Shown piece after piece: positions 39,095-52,199 of a DNA stretch of 64,000 bases (the stretch's first letter is position 1; the number at the start of each line of letters is the position of its first letter). The position numbers and the translations under genes were made by a program. The stretch is from Octopus bimaculoides (lineage: Eukaryota), in assembly GCF_001194135.2 (NCBI RefSeq), contig NC_068986.1:113526807-113590806 (forward strand), written 5' to 3'. The notes beneath the pieces were generated by a model. The model made no database searches. It saw only the letters and a program-made list of their open reading frames with translations, and had not been told where the DNA came from.

Positions 39095-39532
39095 TAATAA
39101 TCTACATAATAAAAGAAAATCAGTGTTTTTATTAACGACTTAATTATAGTGGCCTGTTTTAATAAACAATCGCATCATCACCACCACCACTATCAAGTTT
39201 CATATTTATCGGAAAGAGGACGAATATTTCCACCTAGAGAAGAAATCAGAAAATAATGCAAATTATATCATTATATTATTTATACCATATATTGTATTAT
39301 ATAACATTATATAGCATTATAGATTATATATTATGTTTTATTACATTATATTGTATTACATTTAAATATATTAATCTTTGAAAAGGAAAAAAAAAAGCCA
39401 GAAAGAGTTTATTCAATCTTTATCGCATTAAAGCATCTCTACGGGAGAAGAAAACATTACATTTCATTAAAAGAGAAGAATATAACTAATATAGACGTTG
39501 AGTTTATCTAAACACAAAAGGTAGTTGACGTG

Positions 39533-39673
39533 GAAGAAGAAGAAGAAGAAGAAGAAGAAGAAGAAGAAGAAGAAGAAGAAGAAGAAGAAGAAGAAGAAGA
39601 AGAAGAAGAAGAAGAAGAAGAAGAAGAAGAAGAAGAAGAAGAAGAAGAAGAAGAAGAAGAAGAAGAAGAAGAA
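39533..39673 (+). repeat. (GAA)47 microsatellite
   Basis: Directly visible. Confidence 0.95.
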
Positions 39674-39915
39674 TGAACGCGGGGATTAGCGGTGTGCTGT
39701 CATTAGAATCGACATAAATCGCTTTACTCGTAGCTACAAGATTCACGCACTAATATTAACGTTGGCTTCCATGTTCCAACTGACACAATTTTCAGGTAGA
39801 AGAAAAACATGATTCTAACGTTCTCAGTTGCTCAATACCACTAATAATATACCATCAGATTCCTTAATCTTTTTTTCATTCCTTTTTCCCATTCCTTCTT
39901 TTTCGTAACTGTGTT

Positions 39916-40023
39916 TTCTTCTTCTTCTTCTTCTTCTTCTTCTTCTTCTTCTTCTTCTTCTTCTTCTTCTTCTTCTTCTTCTTCTTCTTCATCGACATAA
40001 TAACAATAATAATAATAATGATC

Positions 40024-40072
<49 letters not shown>

Positions 40073-40200
40073 TAATAATAATCTTCTTGCTCTTCTTCTA
40101 CTACTGTTGCTGCTACTACTACTACTACTACTATTACTACTACTGCTACTACTCCTACACCTACTACTAACACTAATACTACTACTACTGTTACTAGTGT
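39916..40200 (+). repeat. (TTC)25 followed by (AAT)n and (ACT)n
   Basis: Directly visible. Confidence 0.95.
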
Positions 40201-40239
40201 TGCTACAACTAGTACAACCAGCGAGCAGTTATTACGCTT

Positions 40240-40440
40240 GGTTTAACCGGAAGTTCTTGATGAGTGCTGCGTCATCCAGGCAGACTCTTAAACCCACTTG
40301 AGCACACGTTCGTCAGTGAACCGGAAATTCGCCGTGACGTAAGACGACTTCACTAACTACCATTGGCTGCGCATTCTGACGCCACGATCATCGCAGCACC
40401 ATCCGTCATAGAATCTCTGTTCCCAACGCAATCAGTCGAA
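40240..40440. promoter_or_regulatory. Candidate promoter/enhancer: CpG-rich ETS + CRE + CCAAT cluster
   Basis: ACCGGAAGT (40246-54), TGCGTCA (40268-74), ACCGGAAAT (40320-28), TGACGTAA (40335-42), reverse AGCCAATGG (40360-68), TGCGCA (40368-73), TGACGC (40377-82) and Inr-like TCAGT (40432-36). Confidence 0.45.
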
Positions 40441-41013
40441 CATAAGCATTCCGCTCACTAGAGAATGATTTTACCAAATATTTTTCGTTCCTTATTCTTG
40501 TATTTATTTTTATTAGTATCATCATCATTATTATTGTTGTTGTTCTTGTTGTTTATCATTATTATTTTTAGTAGTATTATATTTTTCTTTGTTATCTCGT
40601 CTCATCATCACCATCAATACGATCATCATCACCATCATCATCATCATCGTCATCGATAACATAATCACCATTAGCATTAGCCGTTTCGTCACCATGGTCG
40701 TGTACAAGAAGTCGGAGAGAGATAAAGAGACGGAGAGACGCTGTAGGCAAGAAACGGCTGAAAGAGTAGGAGTAGGTTAACAGGGAGATGGTGAAGGCTT
40801 CGGAAAGAGGAGGAGCAGGAGAAGGAGGAGGGGGAAGAGATGAAGTAGGTGGAGACAAGACAAAGTAAGAGATCAACCATGAAAAAAATAACAAAGGGAA
40901 GGAAATAAGATATATTAGAGAAAAGTTACAAACACACACACACATATACATACATGCATGCATGCATACATATGCACATACATGCTTGCACAACTTTCGT
41001 ATGTATGTATGTG

Positions 41014-41047
<34 letters not shown>

Positions 41048-41294
41048 TATATACATACATATTCATATACGCATACATATATATTCACACATATATGTAT
41101 ACACACGCACAAACATACATCGCCGTCTGTATGGCTTTCTGCGCACTCACGTACAAACACGAACACACACATGTGTATACATATATATATTTCCTTACAA
41201 ATGCTCACACACTCACACCTCTCTCTCTCTCTCTCTCACACACANNNNNNNNNNNNNNNNNNNNNNNNNNNNNNNNNNNNNNNNNNNNNNNNNN

Positions 41295-41329
<35 letters not shown>

Positions 41330-42146
41330 TGATATTTATGCATATATATGTATATATATATATATATACATATATACATACATATTCATATACGCATACA
41401 TATATATTCACACATATATGTATACACACGCACAAACATACATCGCCGTCTGTATGGCTTTCTGCGCACTCACGTACAAACACGAACACACACATGTGTA
41501 TACATATATATATTTCCTTACAAATGCTCACACACTCACACCTCTCTCTCTCTCTCTCTCACACACATACACCCATGCACTCACTCACACACACACTAAC
41601 AAACACATTACAGAGCAGAAAGAAAACAGAAGAGAAGAGAAGAGCCAAAGTACACGTGAGAGTTCAACGTTAAGAGGATTATACATATTACACATTTTAC
41701 TGCATTTTTCAAATACTTTCAGTGGTTGTAAAAGTTTTAAAAATCAATGTATGGTAATGGGATTTTCTACCTTCTGAAATTCGATATCTGCGCTCATTGA
41801 TACAAGTTGCTCTAACATTCTATATTACCAGTAATCTGCATGCTTAGTGGCGTGTTATGAAAAACTCTGACGAATGTGTTTGGGATATGAATATATTTAA
41901 TGCGTCTAACTAAAATTTACGCTGATGCATTTCTCTGCAGATTTTGAGCATTTTAGACTTGTATGCGTATATGTGCTCTTGTCTGTACATTTATGCGTGT
42001 GTGCGTTTGTGTCTATGTTTGTGTGTGTTTGTGTGTGTGAATATGTATGCTCCAGTACGATTGTATATCTCTTTCCCCCCTCGTCTCTCTCTCTCTCACT
42101 CATTCTCTGTTTTTATAGTATTCTCCTTAAAATCTACTTGTCTATA

Positions 42147-42193
<47 letters not shown>

Positions 42194-42679
42194 GTGTGTA
42201 TGTGTGTGTAAAAGGGTAGGTATAGGCGAGTGTTTATGAGGCTAGCTTCAGTACAGTTGGATCTCAGTTTCGATCCCAGTAAGTGGCATCTAGGTTAAAA
42301 CCCTTTACTGCAACCCAAGATTAGAATCGGTGTCCAAGCTCGTCAGATGATGTGCACCTGTAAAAAAAAATGTTCAGCTTCTTCACAATGTATCATGCTT
42401 GTTTTACTTCAGAGAATCTTCAATATAGTTTGAAGGAAACGGTGATGCACACATCCACTTCATACAAAAATTCAATGAGATATTCGTGCAACGATTGAAA
42501 CTGTTAAACGCTCAAACACTGAAATATACGTCTATGTATACAAACGCATATTCGTATATGTCTGCGGGTATTTTCTATATATACATATATATGTGTGTGT
42601 GTGTATTTTTGGTTGCGCGCACCCGTGCTTGCAAGCGCTTTTGTCCTATAACGCAATTTAGCAAAATTGTATAATCGGA

Positions 42680-43800
42680 TGAAATAGTAAGAAAACATCT
42701 GGAAGCTAGAGATGGCGTTTATGGACTTCATATAACATAGAATTAAATGACTCTCTTAATACTCAGAAAAGAATAAGCGCCGCCGTAGAACAGGACTGAG
42801 CTGTTGAAGTGTTTATTGTTGCCACATATTACGGTAATGCTGCTGCCATGCCATGTTCTCTGCCGGACAGTCAACGAAGAATTCCCAACAATAATCCGAA
42901 AGCAGTAATTATAAAGTAGGGCATTCATAGATTTCGAAGTCGTACGATATTTGAATAGAGGGCAGGAGAAAAAAATATACTTAGATTTCTTAGTATAATT
43001 AAAGCTAATGATGACAGCTTCCACTCATTCAATAAATTGATGATGCAAAATAGCAGAAGGAACATAAGATTTTGTTACGCCTAACTCAGAAACACAATGA
43101 AGAGCACAACAAGAGACAGTGTATGATGTATATAAATATCTGGCTGAAAGACTGTTAATAGAAACAGCAACGAAACTGAAACAGTCTGAGTTACTCATGA
43201 TATTGTGCAATACCTGCTGATAGTTGAGTAGATTGCGTGAAACGTCTGAAAAAAATTTTATCAACTTTCGGTCGACTTCAGAACAAAGTGATTTCAGAGA
43301 AGCAGCTGCTGATCTTCATTCTTAGATAGATGAGTTGATAGAAACGCGTAAAAATTCTTGTAAGGAAGCAATTAAAGCGTGTGAGAATTTATGTAAAACA
43401 TGGTAGTTGGCCATTAATAGCTGAAAATCATGTTCTAAAGGAAATCGCGGAAAAATGTAGCTGTTGCTGGATTAACTGTTGAACAGGAAATTCGTCGCGT
43501 TATGGAACGGTGTCATCGGTTAATTATAAAAAGAACCAAACGGATTTCTTCTTTATGAGCGTTACAGACGCGCAATGTATTTCTACAAATATACAAATTA
43601 TTGCTCCTGAAGGATTTGAATACGGAAAAATTAGTAGAAAAACTGTTCGTATTTAGTTGATTAGTAAAGAATTATTCTAGTTTTACTCAGTTCTTACAAA
43701 GAAACCAAGACTGCAACATGCTAAATAAAAGAACGCTGAACGATATTCCTTAGCCAAAACGTGTACTCAATTTGCTTATTCATATAATTTTCGTCTTACC
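42680..43800 (+). mobile_element. Decayed hAT transposase
   Basis: YGNAAAM..QRRI..NPKAV (YDNA..MAG..GVQ..NPKA motif), AAADL..E..K..E.LCK.W and GLTVEQEIRRVM. Multiple stops. Confidence 0.65.
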
Positions 43801-44267
43801 AAGTTACGTTCCAAAAGTAAAGGACCAAAAGGCAGATATGTTTAACAATTACGAGTTCTGTTGATGCGTCTCAGTCGGCCTATACAAGTCTGAAACAAAT
43901 TTTTATGATGATGTGAACCGATGAATGATATATATATANNNNNNNNNNNNNNNNNNNNNNNNNNNNNNNNNNNNNNNNNNNNNNNNNNNNNNNNNNNNNN
44001 NNNNNNNNNNNNNNNNNNNNNNNNNNNNNNNNNNNNNNNNNNNNNNNNNNNNNNNNNNNNNNNNNNNNNNNNNNNNNNNNNNNNNNNNNNNNNNNNNNNN
44101 NNNNNNNNNNNNNNNNNNNNNNNNNNNNNNNNNNNNNNNNNNNNNNNNNNNNNNNNNNNNNNNNNNNNNNNNNNNNNNNNNNNNNNNNNNNNNNNNNNNN
44201 NNNNNNNNNNNNNNNNNNNNNNNNNNNNNNNNNNNNNNNNNNNNNNNNNNNNNNNNNNNNNNNNNNN

Positions 44268-44299
<32 letters not shown>

Positions 44300-45039
44300 G
44301 TGTGTGTAAGTGTTTGTATGTGTATGTGTGTATGTAGGCATGTATATATGTATTTGTTTGCCACTTTACTCTAGGAAGGAAGAAATGAATGGGTGAGTAA
44401 ACGATACAAGAATACCGTTAATGACAGGAAATAAACAACTTTATGAATAATAGGAAATAAACTCACGAAGATGTTCGACGCCATCTTCGAATTCTTAACA
44501 CTGTTAACATGAATGAAGGAGATGCTCTAGCATGCAGTTGAATAACTTTAATGCACACGCATTTATGCTGTCATATAAACCAGGCAGAATTTAAAGTAAA
44601 AATATTTTTTTCAGTGTAGAAATATATTAAAATTCTGCTGATTGCACCAGTGTGTTAGATATTTAGAAACTGAATCATACATCTATTTGTTACTTAATCC
44701 TGTGACCCTTAATTCTATGCTTACTATAAGCAAAGTTCAAGATCTTTATTTTGAATCTAACTGGAGTAATATGTCGCATATATTCACTAAAGCTAAATAA
44801 AACTTCTGCTTCAAATCATTGGAGATATATGTTAAAAGTTATTATTATTATTACATGTAAATTTCGGTATACACTAGGTTTCAATATCCTTTTAAGTGTT
44901 TAGTTAAGCGTTCCTGACTGTAAGAGGCGACTCTAGAAGGCATTCTATCAGAACCTCATTCAAACATTTGCCTATATCTTTGTTTACAGTACCCATTGCA
45001 CAAATTATTATAGGCAAAAGCTTTACAATTTTTCTTATT

Positions 45040-45445
45040 CCATATTGTTATCAGTATTATCATTGCCTTTGCGCAGCTGCTGGAGATGTACAACGGTGTC
45101 AGCTGTTCGCTTCCAGTGAACTAAGTAACACCTCTTAATTTTCCAGCACCTTCCAGAGTTCCAAGCAGTGCTGTTTGCTGCAAGTGCTCCACCCTTATTG
45201 CAGCCCCTATTTGTTCCACGTACTTCTCCAGATTTTTGTTCACTGTTCCCAGGGCTCCGACAATTATTGGTACTAGTGCTACCTTTTTCATCGACCACAA
45301 CTGCTTAACCTACCAATCTAACCTGTTATATATATCGACTTTTCTTTCTTCCTTATCGCATACCTTGTTGTCAGCTGGGCATGCTATATCTATGATCCCG
45401 TATAATTTGCCTTCTTTCTCAATTAAGACTATGTCTGGCTTCCTA
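45040..45445 (-). mobile_element. R4/Dong-type LINE 3' end (RLE domain)
   Basis: RKPDIVLIEKE..IIDIACPADNKV..KEERKVD..VPIIVGALGTV..LQQTALLGT. The PD..D..K residues are retained. Confidence 0.85.
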
Positions 45446-45469
45446 TTCTTTCATTATTGCTATTATCAC

Positions 45470-45529
<60 letters not shown>

Positions 45530-45709
45530 GTTGTTATTTTGCTTCTTTCTTCAAATTTTCTTCCATTTCTCGCCGAGTGTGTGTGTGTGTCTTCGCACGC
45601 TTATAGATAGGAGGGAGATACCAATAAATCTTTAGATCGAACACCATTACAATGTAGCATTTAATATAATCGAGTGCCACTGAGTACCTTTAATGGAAGC
45701 AATTACTGA

Positions 45710-45860
45710 TTTCAAATTTCGGCACAAGAGCTCTACGGGTACTTGAAATTATGAATGGCAAAGCCGAGCCCGGCGGGATTTGAACTCAGAATGTAAAGTC
45801 GTACGAAATGATGCAAAGCATCATTTCTCAGTAATAACCATTCTGTCAGCTCGCCGCCTT
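45710..45860 (-). mobile_element. SINE family A, partial
   Basis: GGCGGCGAGCTG head and TTCTGAGTTCAAAT B box on the minus strand. Confidence 0.6.
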
Positions 45861-46708
45861 AAGGGAACTAATTATTAACGAGAGAATAACTTGTTGTGAA
45901 TGAATAACGAACAGGCGCTGACCGAGAAAATCAGAAGCAATGAGATTTGGTGACGAACAAGGGAAATAAGGTAACTGCCAACAAATGATAAACGGAAAGA
46001 AGGACAAAGGTGTACTACCAGTGCTTAGCTGAATATCAGCGGTAATAAAGCAAATACAACACATTCTTCGGTAGCCATCAAATATTTTTCTCAGGTAGTA
46101 CTACCTTGATTTCTTCATCCAATCTGCCTCTGTTTGGAATGAGATAAAGATGTGGCTTCTATTTCTAGCGTAGGAAATAACAACATCAACAACAACACCA
46201 ACAACATCGGAAGCCCTCTTATTCGATGTTGCAGTTGATGTAGATTGAGATCAAATTAATCAGGATTCTAGCAGAAATAAAAATGAAAGTAGAATTAAAC
46301 AAGAAAGGTTGAGGAAAACTTGTGTGGAGATTTAGAAAGAAAAGAAAAAGAATGAAGGTAAGTAATTGGAAGAACTACTTGAGAGATTTGTATTTGTCTG
46401 CAACTAATTTAACAGTTGTTTGTACAAGATATTACATAGAAACGTGATAATCTATACAAGAAATGGAATTGGTACATGAAGCTAATTACATACAGAGTCT
46501 GCGAAATCGGAGGTTTATTATACAGAATGATATAAAGCACATAGCAGCGAATATTAATTCCGATATATCCAGGAGATAATAAAGAAATAGGATTTGACGT
46601 TAGAAATATTGGATAACGGAGAGGAAGAATACAGCGAGGAGAATAAAGAAAAAATAATGAAGAAAACAAAGAGATAGAGTGAAAAGAAGGAGAATAAGGC
46701 AGCGGAGC

Positions 46709-46709
46709 C

Positions 46710-46740
<31 letters not shown>

Positions 46741-46759
46741 ATAGTAGTAGTAGTAGTAA

Positions 46760-46800
<41 letters not shown>
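46709..46800. repeat. (GTA)n microsatellite
   Basis: Directly visible. Confidence 0.95.
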
Positions 46801-46801
<1 letters not shown>

Positions 46802-47589
46802 ATTATCTATCGTTGCATCGAAAGCAAATTGTGGTAGGAAGTTGTAATATCCTAAACGAAGTTATCGGGTACAGTACGAGTAAAACTGAAAGTCAACCGC
46901 ATTCAAGGTAAATATTTATACTGATTACAAAAGACGCGTTCCGATAGAAACCCTTTGATCCACATCTCGATGTTCCTTTATGACTAAAGCTACAAAAATA
47001 TCAACATGCCACTAAGACTTTTCTTTCTATATTAAAAGAATTCGCTCGGTAAAACAAAGAAGGGGAGAAAAAAAATAGTTATCACTTATCATAAATGTCA
47101 TCAAGTTGCAATCGTTCGTTTTCTCTTTTTTATTTTCTGTTCATTTTACGATGAAGATTAAAATAGAAGAAAAATATTTGTATTTTTATAACATGTTGGA
47201 TTTTCATACATTGTTGTATGTTCGCCTCTGTTAACTCCTTTCTTGCGTGGGAAAGAATTTTTGAATAAATTCTTTTAACAAGCATTCCTGCAGAGTGAAA
47301 TAAATGATGGAAGGCATATTTTGATAAAATACACCGGTGATAGACGAAAGAATTTAGAATGAAAACTATGTTCCGATATACTGTATGACATACATATATA
47401 CTATATGAGTTATGTTCTTATATACTATATACAACTTGCAGCAAAATGATCTGACACATTTGTAAGTTTAATAAAAGTGAAATAGAGAAAAGAACAAAAA
47501 ATGTGTTTTTATTTTCGAAATGTACGTATAATGCCATATTGTTCCAATTGTTGCAATTTGTGACTTTTTGTTTCGTTTTGCTTATGGTT

Positions 47590-47997
47590 GCCAACATGTA
47601 TTGGACGAGCGAGCATCGCGCTTTCGTTGTGGAAATATTTATCAACAACGAATCCATAACTGCAACACGAAGAGCATTCCGTGTGCACTTAAGGCATGAT
47701 AGACATGATCCCGTACCTACTCGAAATTCTACAGCAGCAGAATTCAGCATTTGGGGTTCGTACTTCTTCGAAGAAGATAATGTTACAGTGACTGTGAACT
47801 CTGGTCGATATTGTGTGATGCTAGAGAATTTTCTGGAACCCAAATTCAATAAACTTGACGATAGGGACAATGTTTCGTTTCAAGAGGATGGGGCAACAGC
47901 CCACACTTCTCGACGTACGATGAGGATTTTGATGGAGATGTTCCCTGGTCGTTTGATCTCATTGCATGCTGACATCGGTTATATTACATTTCCATAA
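47590..47997 (+). mobile_element. Internally deleted Tc1/mariner-superfamily transposase (DUF4817-type N-terminus; rosa/DD41D- or maT-like)
   Basis: MYWTSEHRAFVVEIF..SITATRRAFR..DPVPTR is fused directly to IWGSYFFEE..TVTVNSGRY..FQEDGATAHT. Confidence 0.8.
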
Positions 47998-48509
47998 TAT
48001 ATTATGGAAAATCTTGCTTAAAATGGCACGTCGATGATTTATGATTCTCTGTGTAATGAAAAGCGTTTGCTTAGGAAAGCAAACATGTATTCGATTCATC
48101 CAACATGCACAAACACAATAAAAGAAAAAAAATATTATCCCCTGGATAGGACGCTGGTCCTATGCAGGAATACTCACTTTTGCCAGGTGAGCGAAGTGAA
48201 GCAACATTAAATGAAATGTTTTGCTCAAGAATTCATCTCACTGTCCCCCTCCCGGGAATCGAAACCACAGTCTTCAGATCATGAGTCCAATATCCCTGAA
48301 CACTAAACTACGAATATTTCCACACACGCACACACACACACACACACAAGCACACACACATATGCAATCACACGTACACACACACACACACACAAGCACA
48401 CACACATATACAATCACATGTACGCACGCTCGCGCACATACACATATACATGAGTGTGTTTGTGTATATATAAATATATATGCAAATTTGTGTATACATA
48501 TGCATTATG

Positions 48510-48566
<57 letters not shown>

Positions 48567-48651
48567 NNNNNNNNNNNNNNNNNNNNNNNNNNNNNNNNNN
48601 NNNNNNNNNNNNNNNNNNNNNNNNNGGACCCAACAGAATATATATATATAT

Positions 48652-48728
<77 letters not shown>

Positions 48729-48730
<2 letters not shown>

Positions 48731-49803
48731 GAGTTAGCAACTAATTACCCGCTTTTTTCTAAATTTTGGAATTTATTGTTTTTAGATTGTATATGGAGAG
48801 GGTGCCATAGCTGAAAGAACCGCTCGTGATTGGTATGTCAAGTTCAAAAATGGAAATTTTGACCTGAAAGATACACCGCGTTCTGGCCGTCCAGTTGAGG
48901 TCGATGAAGAGCGACTAAACCAACTTTTACTCGAAAATTATCATCAAACGACAAGGGAACTGGCAAAGAAAATGGAATGCTCTCACACTGCTATAGAGAA
49001 GCATCTTCACTCGCTGGGAAAGGTTCAGGAGTATAGAGCATGGGTTCCGCATGCTTTAAGTGACAACAACAAAAATCAATGAGCCAGACTCTCCGCTGGA
49101 TTGCTTGCGCGTCACCGCTCAACTCATGGACACAAGCAATGATTTCTGTACCGAATCTTTACTGGCGACGAAAAATGGTTCCTGTACATCAATATGAAGC
49201 AGCGTAAGGAATGGCTTAGCCCCAGTAATCAAGGGACACCGCGCGTGAAACAAGATGTTCATCCTCGTAAAAAGATGTTGTGCGCATAGTGGGACTGGGA
49301 AGGGATTATCCATTACGAATTACTTGAACGGAACCAAACGGTCAACGCGGAACTCTACGTTCAACAGATGGAACGACTTAGCACGGCTATTCAAGAGAAA
49401 AGACCTAATCGGTAGCCTGAAGTTCTGCTGCCCGACAACTCTCGCCCTCATATCGCGAATATGACAAAGGAAGCTATCCTTACGCATGGCTGGAAAGTGC
49501 TGCCACACCCACTGTATTCTCCTGATTTAGCTCCAACGGATTTCCACCTCTTTCGATCTATTTCAAATTCTATGCGCAGACTTTCGTTCAATACTGATGC
49601 AGAATTGAGAGCTTGGTTGGATCATTTTTTCAAGTCGAAATCGGGTGATTTTTGCCAACGAGGTACTGAAAATCTTGTTGAACGTTGGGAAGATGTTGTA
49701 AACAACAAGTGTGAATACATTATTGATTAATTAGTTATGTTTTATTAAACCTCTTAAAAAATTTAGATTTAAAAAAACGCCGAGAACTTAGTTGCCAACC
49801 CAA
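48729..49803 (+). mobile_element. mariner (DD34D) transposon with both TIRs, 5'-deleted and inactivated
   Basis: PRSGRP, WVPHAL (49041), TGDEKW (49161), PDNSRPH (49431) and YSPDLAPTDF, with 34 residues between D2 and D3. Left TTGAGTTAGCAACTAA pairs with right TTAGTTGCCAACCCAA, followed by TA. Several in-frame stops. Confidence 0.95.
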
Positions 49804-50134
49804 TATATNNNNNNNNNNNNNNNNNNNNNNNNNNNNNNNNNNNNNNNNNNNNNNNNNNNNNNNNNNNNNNNNNNNNNNNNNNNNNNNNNNNNNNNNNNNN
49901 NNNNNNNNTAGACACATTCCTGGCGCTGGTACGTAAGGAGTATTCTAAATGTCTTTTTAAGTCATTGCCATGTTCTTCTGTGTTAGCAGTGCTTCTTTGG
50001 TGTGGTGTTGATGGTGATGCATTTCACCCGGCCCTCTTCTTCGCAAATAAAACTCACGTAAGTTTATATCTCAACCACAGAATTTCAGACAGTTGACCAT
50101 TTATCATTTTCGTATTTGATTATTATTATCCTCA

Positions 50135-50320
50135 CAAGGCCTGTGAGCTAAAAGAATCTTTAGCGCGGAGAACAAAATGCTTAGCGGCATTTTGTCCGGC
50201 TCTTTACATCCTGAGTTCGAATTCTACCAAAGTTTACTATCTCTTTTGTCATTATTTGGTTGATAAAATAAATATAAATCAAGCAGTAAGGTCGATCTCA
50301 TGGACTTACCCCTAAACCTG
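50135..50320 (+). mobile_element. SINE family A, diverged
   Basis: AAATGCTTAGCGGCATTT..CCTGAGTTCGAATTC. Confidence 0.55.
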
Positions 50321-51184
50321 GTTCCCTTGAGCGAAAATCCTCAACCAGTCATTCTTATTCTCCTTTTATTACTCTTTTCTTGCTTTAGGAAACTCGTTTT
50401 CCCTCATCACAAACGATAAATTTGTAACTCATACAGATATATTTCCGATGTGATGAATAGATGAACAATTAAGTCAAATTTTTGTCACATCTTTTATTGT
50501 TATTGTTGTTGTTACCCTTTTCTTCTACTTCCGTTTTTGTTTTCTTTCTCTTTCTACTTATTGCTGTTTAACCCCGCCATTAGGTGGGTCCAATACATTT
50601 GTGATGAAAGGCACTCTGGCAATGAACACACTGTCTATTTCGCAGCCTCAAGGGATACAATGTCTAGCATGACAGCCTATGTTCTATGGCAGCTAAATTG
50701 TTTCGCATAAGGAAGCAAGACGGAAATTATTTCAGTGCTGCGTACATGATTCTCTCTCGTCAGATCTACACTGCATCAACACACGGCTAGAACTATCAAA
50801 TATATCGGTCTATTGTTATTTTGAACACTAAGCTGAATAAATCTTCGATTTCTTTCTTGTCGACCATATCATTTAGAAAGACGTGAAATTGTCATTTGAG
50901 TGTTAAGTATCTTGGCTATTGCCGCCGAGAACAAATACATTGACGAGATATGATCTGTCATCATCTTGGCGAGCTATCCAATACTGCTATCGATTCGCTG
51001 AATTTCGGTGAATTTCTTTCTAGTTGCAGATAATATCGGTTTCTCAGATTGGCACAAAAACATATCATTTAGAGGAAGATACAGTCTTTTAAATCGATGC
51101 TAGACTGGTACTAATTCTACCGGACTCCTTTAGAATAAAAAGCAATGATGACGTTTGTGCAATTTAGACTCAAAATATAAACGG

Positions 51185-51375
51185 GTGAAGCAAATGCACC
51201 AAGCATCATTTGCGGCACTTCTTCCTACTCTTCGCAGTCTGAGTTCAAATTCAGTCTCAATGAAATCAACTTCCATCGTTATAGGGTCGATAAATCAAAG
51301 TGCCACTAAAGTACTAGTGTCAATGGTATCAGCTGCTTCTATTCCCCTCAAAATTGCTGCCTGAATTTGAAACCA
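51185..51375 (+). mobile_element. SINE family A, diverged
   Basis: CTGAGTTCAAATT..ATAGGGTCGATAAA..CCCCTCAAAATTGCTG. Confidence 0.5.
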
Positions 51376-51410
51376 TTATCATTATTGTAATAATAATAAT
51401 AATAATAATA

Positions 51411-51460
<50 letters not shown>

Positions 51461-51461
<1 letters not shown>

Positions 51462-51995
51462 GAGCGACAGAGCAGCGCATGACATCCAAGTGACACTGGG
51501 GTACAAATAATAGAAGCCCAGTATACACATCATGACTACTCGTCTGATAAGGGTACGCTAGGCATGTACATCATGACCTTACATGCGTGACATGGTGATC
51601 TCATATCAAGATACTCAGTGCACCACATTGCAGGTGGGGACCAATTAAAATTTTCTTCAGGCTGAGTAGCCCATACCGCTCCAAAGGTCCCTGAATAAGG
51701 ATTGTTTAAGGATGTTGAACAAAACATCCATGTTTCCGGAGGTGAATTATCCAAACCCCAGAGATGTTCCCCCACTGCTTTTTCTCGTGATCTGAGATGC
51801 ATATATCGTCAGCCACCAAGGAATGCTCAGCTGGTTAAAATCAAACAATTGACAAGCAAATCCGTGGTATTGAGCAGGACACATGTGGTAGCCCATCATT
51901 TAGAGCAAGACAAAACATGTACATGATAACACTTCCAATCAGTTAAGAGAAGTCGTGAGAGACAATGCCTGGCACTGCATCCGGGCATTTATCTT
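51461..51995 (-). mobile_element. Non-coding interspersed repeat (probable LINE 3' UTR or non-autonomous retroposon) between (ATT)n tracts
   Basis: A ~530-bp complex sequence whose minus-strand 3' end runs into (AAT)n. It resembles an abundant octopus repeat I recall. No ORF is recognisable. Confidence 0.5.
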
Positions 51996-52027
51996 TGTTA
52001 TTCATTATTATTACTATTCTTCTTCTT

Positions 52028-52099
<72 letters not shown>

Positions 52100-52126
52100 T
52101 TCAGCAGAAGCAGCAGGAGGTGCAGT

Positions 52127-52162
<36 letters not shown>

Positions 52163-52199
52163 GGTAGTAGTAGTAGTAGTAGTAGTAAGATCAGATTCG

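Noticed and set aside
41020-41565. Near-exact ~220-bp direct repeat on either side of a gap
   Set aside because: Identical copies flanking Ns are the signature of an unmerged contig overlap.
46800-46915. Possible small exon ending at CAAG/GTAAAT
   Set aside because: The acceptor would fall in a (GTA)n tract with no pyrimidine run, and there is no coding signal.
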